Below are positions 61,170 to 64,000 of a stretch of 64,000 nt of DNA, piece by piece. Position numbers and translations under genes: made by a program. Positions within the stretch are counted from its first letter, which is position 1. Each line of letters opens with the position of its first letter. The notes under the pieces were generated by a model that saw only the letters and a program-made list of their open reading frames with translations, was not told where the DNA came from and made no database searches. Origin of the DNA: Candidatus Latescibacterota bacterium (GTDB taxonomy: Bacteria; Latescibacterota; UBA2968; GCA-2709665); contig OZ250150.1 in the NCBI GenBank assembly GCA_965237675.1, positions 5,280,001 to 5,344,000 of the forward strand, given 5' to 3'.

Positions 61170-61211
61170 TGGTCGGGGAGGCGGGATTCGAACCCGCGAC
61201 ATCCTGCTCCC
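61170..61211 (-). mobile_element. 3' half of tRNA-Pro: probable att site of an integrated island
   Basis: GGGAGCAGGATGTCGCGGGTTCGAATCCCGCCTCCCCGACCA (anticodon loop to CCA), no 5' half; composition becomes AT-richer beyond it. Confidence 0.8.
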
Positions 61212-61642
61212 TGTGTGATAGAACCGGCTGATCGAGGTAATTACGGCATCGTAACTCAGCATATTTCCTCAAGTTAGGCGGAGCGTTCACTGTCCGACTT
61301 GAACCTTATTCTAACTGATTCTTTGCGTAGTTGGTCATAATGTGGTCAGACTCCAACATTGGTTTCGCCCCAGAATAATCCTTCCGCAAAAGCCCTTCGT
61401 TACAACAGGTAAATTTCCACGGGATAGCCAACCGGGTTAGAGTGCTTTACTGCACGCACGATGGGATTCCTACTCCAATTTTGTGGACTGGAGAACACAG
61501 CTTTTGGATTAATCATAGTAGATGCCAAGGCTCCTTGACTTGGAGTCCCACGTTACCTAAATTCGAGTTGAATCTCCGCCGGATTTATAATTCTGATGTC
61601 GCAATCGATAAGGGCCTCGTTGGCTACGTTTGGAGGCAGGCT

Positions 61643-62209
61643 ATGGAAATTAAGGTTGCGAAGTCATATTTAGATATGGCTCGCTGTTTCCGTTGTGCTG
61701 TTATCAGTGGTGGCGCCGAGGACGAATCGGGATACAATGAGGAGTTCGCCATAGTGAGTTGCATATACATCTATAGTCACATGGCAATAATGGCATTCGC
61801 GGCTGAGCAATTATATGACGTATGGAAGAAACCGCGCAATAAGCTACGAAAGAAGTACCCACAATTCGACAATTTCAAAGATTTGATGGAGTCGGACCTC
61901 CGAGACCTAAAGTGTGCCCTGAAAGAGCTCGCCTGTCTTCATGGCATCAGTCCCATCCACAATGCACAGCCCGAAATATGGCGAGCGCTGAACGAATTCT
62001 TGCGTAAATACCGGAACTATTTTGTACATCCAGATCCCGAGAATTTCTCAAAAATCGTAAATGAGATACAGTTGAAACAGTTGGGTCTTGGTCCGAAGGT
62101 GGCGACTACAATTATCGAGTATTACTACAGCGCTACGGGAACGCCTGTTCCGGCTTGGCTTTCGACGCCGGGTTTCTCCATCCCGAAAATTACAATCGAC
62201 AGCACCTAG
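61643..62209 (+). CDS. Hypothetical protein with HEPN-like RxxxxH motif
   Basis: GGAGG RBS; apparently helical protein with KYRNYFVHP; AT-rich codons. Confidence 0.6.
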   Translation: MEIKVAKSYLDMARCFRCAVISGGAEDESGYNEEFAIVSCIYIYSHMAIMAFAAEQLYDVWKKPRNKLRKKYPQFDNFKDLMESDLRDLKCALKELACLHGISPIHNAQPEIWRALNEFLRKYRNYFVHPDPENFSKIVNEIQLKQLGLGPKVATTIIEYYYSATGTPVPAWLSTPGFSIPKITIDST

Positions 62210-64000
62210 CCTCTAATTAAGCGGGTTTTTTGAGATTTTTATGTACAAAAGTACCGGAAAGACTTATCTTTGTTGAAGATAGCAGTATCCGACGAGAAAT
62301 TGCTACTCCAACGAAGGAGGCCTTTCCGGTGAAAAGAATATCGGTAAAAGAAAGCCGCAGGAACAGTGTTAATTGTGGGCGCAAGGTACGTGCTCGGCAT
62401 CAGCTTGGCGGTCGTTTTTGTGCGCAAGGCAAGCCAATGTTTGGCAGCACCTATGTGCATTACGAGGTCAGCGCCCAGCCGGAAGGGATGAGTTACGGTG
62501 GCATAGCGGCCGTGCATCGTCTGGTGACGAAGTTGGGCTTGGTCGAAGGCATCGACGCGACGTTGAAGTTGCTGAAGGTGCATCTGCCGTATCATGAGTC
62601 GGATCACGTGTTGAACCTTGCCTACAACGTGATGTGCGGCGGCACGCGTCTGGAAGACATCGAGCGTTTGCGGCATGACGGGGCCTACATGAATGCCTTG
62701 AGCGCGAAGCTGATCCCGGACCCGACGACTGCGGGCGACTTTACGCGTCGCTTCACGGAAGCGGACGTGATCGGGCTGATGGACTGTATTAACGCGGTAC
62801 GCCCCAAGTTGTGGCGCACACGCGCTGCCAGACTCCTGGAGCCGGTCGCCTACATCGATGTGGATGGTACGACCGCCCCGACGTATGGGGAGAAGAAGGG
62901 CGGCATGGACATCTCCTACAAGGGCGTGTGGGGGTATGCGCCCCTGATCGTATCGTTGGCCAATACCAAAGAGGTGCTGTATATCGTCAACCGTCCGGGC
63001 AACGCGTCTTCTCACCAGGGGGCCGCCCCCTGGATCGATGCGTCCATCCGGGTGGTGAAGCCCCACGCGGGGCGCGTGTGCCTACGCGGCGACACGGACT
63101 TTTCGCTTACGGCTCACCTCGATCGCTGGGCGAAGGACGTCGATTTCATCTTCGGGATGGACTGCAATGACGCCTTACGAACACGCGCCGAGGCCCTTGA
63201 CGAAGCCAACTGGCAGCGCCTGCACCGACCTGTAGCACCCCAGAAAAGGCGGCGGCGCGACAATGAGAAGCAGCGTATCGTCAAGGCGCGGGGCTACCTC
63301 AAGCTGGCGCTGAACTTCGAAGACGTGGCTGAGTTTGACTATCAGCCCGGCAAGTGCGAACGGTCCTACCGCGTTGTGGCGCTGCGAAAAAACATCAGTA
63401 AGGCCAAAGGTGAGCAGACCCTCTTCGACGAAATCCGCTATTTCTTCTACATCACCACGCGCGACGACCTGACCCCCGCCGAGGTCGTCTTTGCTGCCAA
63501 CAAACGATGCGACCAGGAAAACGTCATCGAACAGCTCAAGAACGGCGTCAATGCCCTGCGCGTGCCCTTGTATGACTTGATCAGCAACTGGGCCTACATG
63601 GTCATCGCCGCGCTGGCCTGGAACATCAAGTCGTGGTTTGCCTTGATGATGCATCGAAAAAACCATCGCCGACACTATATCCGTATGGACTTTCGGACCT
63701 TCCTCTCACACATCATCCTGTTTCCCTGTCGTGTCGTGAGACACGCCCGAAGCACCACCGTGCGCATCATCGGCTATCAGCCGTCACTGAAAAGACTCTT
63801 GAGCGCCTGGGCCACCATCGAACGCACCGGCTTCACCTGACACCGGTACGGACCGTGACCATAGACCACCAGACCCACGACGCCTACCGCGACGCAACGG
63901 ACAAATACGCCCACCCCACAAATAATGGGTCGCTTTACGACTCAAACAAACACGCAACAAACCGCAGAACGACCTCCCGTCGACCCCATTAGGCGGCACC
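62210..64000 (+). mobile_element. IS1380-family insertion sequence (right end not seen in the window)
   Basis: Putative left end CCTCTAATTAAGCG directly after a CTAG-overlapping stop; contains a transposase. Confidence 0.75.
62329..63840 (+). CDS. IS1380-family transposase
   Basis: HLPYHESDHVL, PDPTTAGDF.RRF, IDVDGT, Y.PL, LRGDTDF, RCDQENVIEQLK; AAGGAGG RBS. Confidence 0.92.
   Translation: MKRISVKESRRNSVNCGRKVRARHQLGGRFCAQGKPMFGSTYVHYEVSAQPEGMSYGGIAAVHRLVTKLGLVEGIDATLKLLKVHLPYHESDHVLNLAYNVMCGGTRLEDIERLRHDGAYMNALSAKLIPDPTTAGDFTRRFTEADVIGLMDCINAVRPKLWRTRAARLLEPVAYIDVDGTTAPTYGEKKGGMDISYKGVWGYAPLIVSLANTKEVLYIVNRPGNASSHQGAAPWIDASIRVVKPHAGRVCLRGDTDFSLTAHLDRWAKDVDFIFGMDCNDALRTRAEALDEANWQRLHRPVAPQKRRRRDNEKQRIVKARGYLKLALNFEDVAEFDYQPGKCERSYRVVALRKNISKAKGEQTLFDEIRYFFYITTRDDLTPAEVVFAANKRCDQENVIEQLKNGVNALRVPLYDLISNWAYMVIAALAWNIKSWFALMMHRKNHRRHYIRMDFRTFLSHIILFPCRVVRHARSTTVRIIGYQPSLKRLLSAWATIERTGFT

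Overview
High-GC bacterial chromosomal window. The gene content (futalosine pathway, many PhyH, Gfo/Idh/MocA, enolase, sulfatase and MFS genes, and secreted proteins ending in DFDGDGxVxFxDF EF-hand/dockerin-like tags) resembles Latescibacterota/Gemmatimonadota/Poribacteria-type genomes; this is an inference, not a taxonomic call. Backbone metabolic genes (mqnB, mqnD, queF, kbl, pdxJ, mmsA and others) are interrupted by three accessory blocks. (1) 19.7-25.0 kb: two membrane-anchored beta-repeat proteins plus an S8 protease, all with dockerin-like tags. (2) 35.9-49.6 kb: a decaying defence/surface island with a CARF-like sigma54 activator, a Schlafen AlbA_2 pseudogene and a DNA methyltransferase bracketed by a 150-bp direct repeat; a disrupted secreted PEP-synthase-like (His-swivel plus ATP-grasp) protein and a paralogue with the same FN3-cohesin-dockerin-cadherin tail; a TA pair; a degenerate tRNA-Pro; and an IS1380 remnant. 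(3) From 61.2 kb: an island edge marked by a 3' half of tRNA-Pro, followed by a HEPN-like ORF and an IS1380. The most notable observations are the modular cohesin/dockerin-tagged surface system including an apparently extracellular dikinase-like enzyme, a tandem queF pair with one copy lacking catalytic residues, and a GH3 ligase plus enolase-superfamily operon. All product calls come from motif recognition by eye; no database searches were run.
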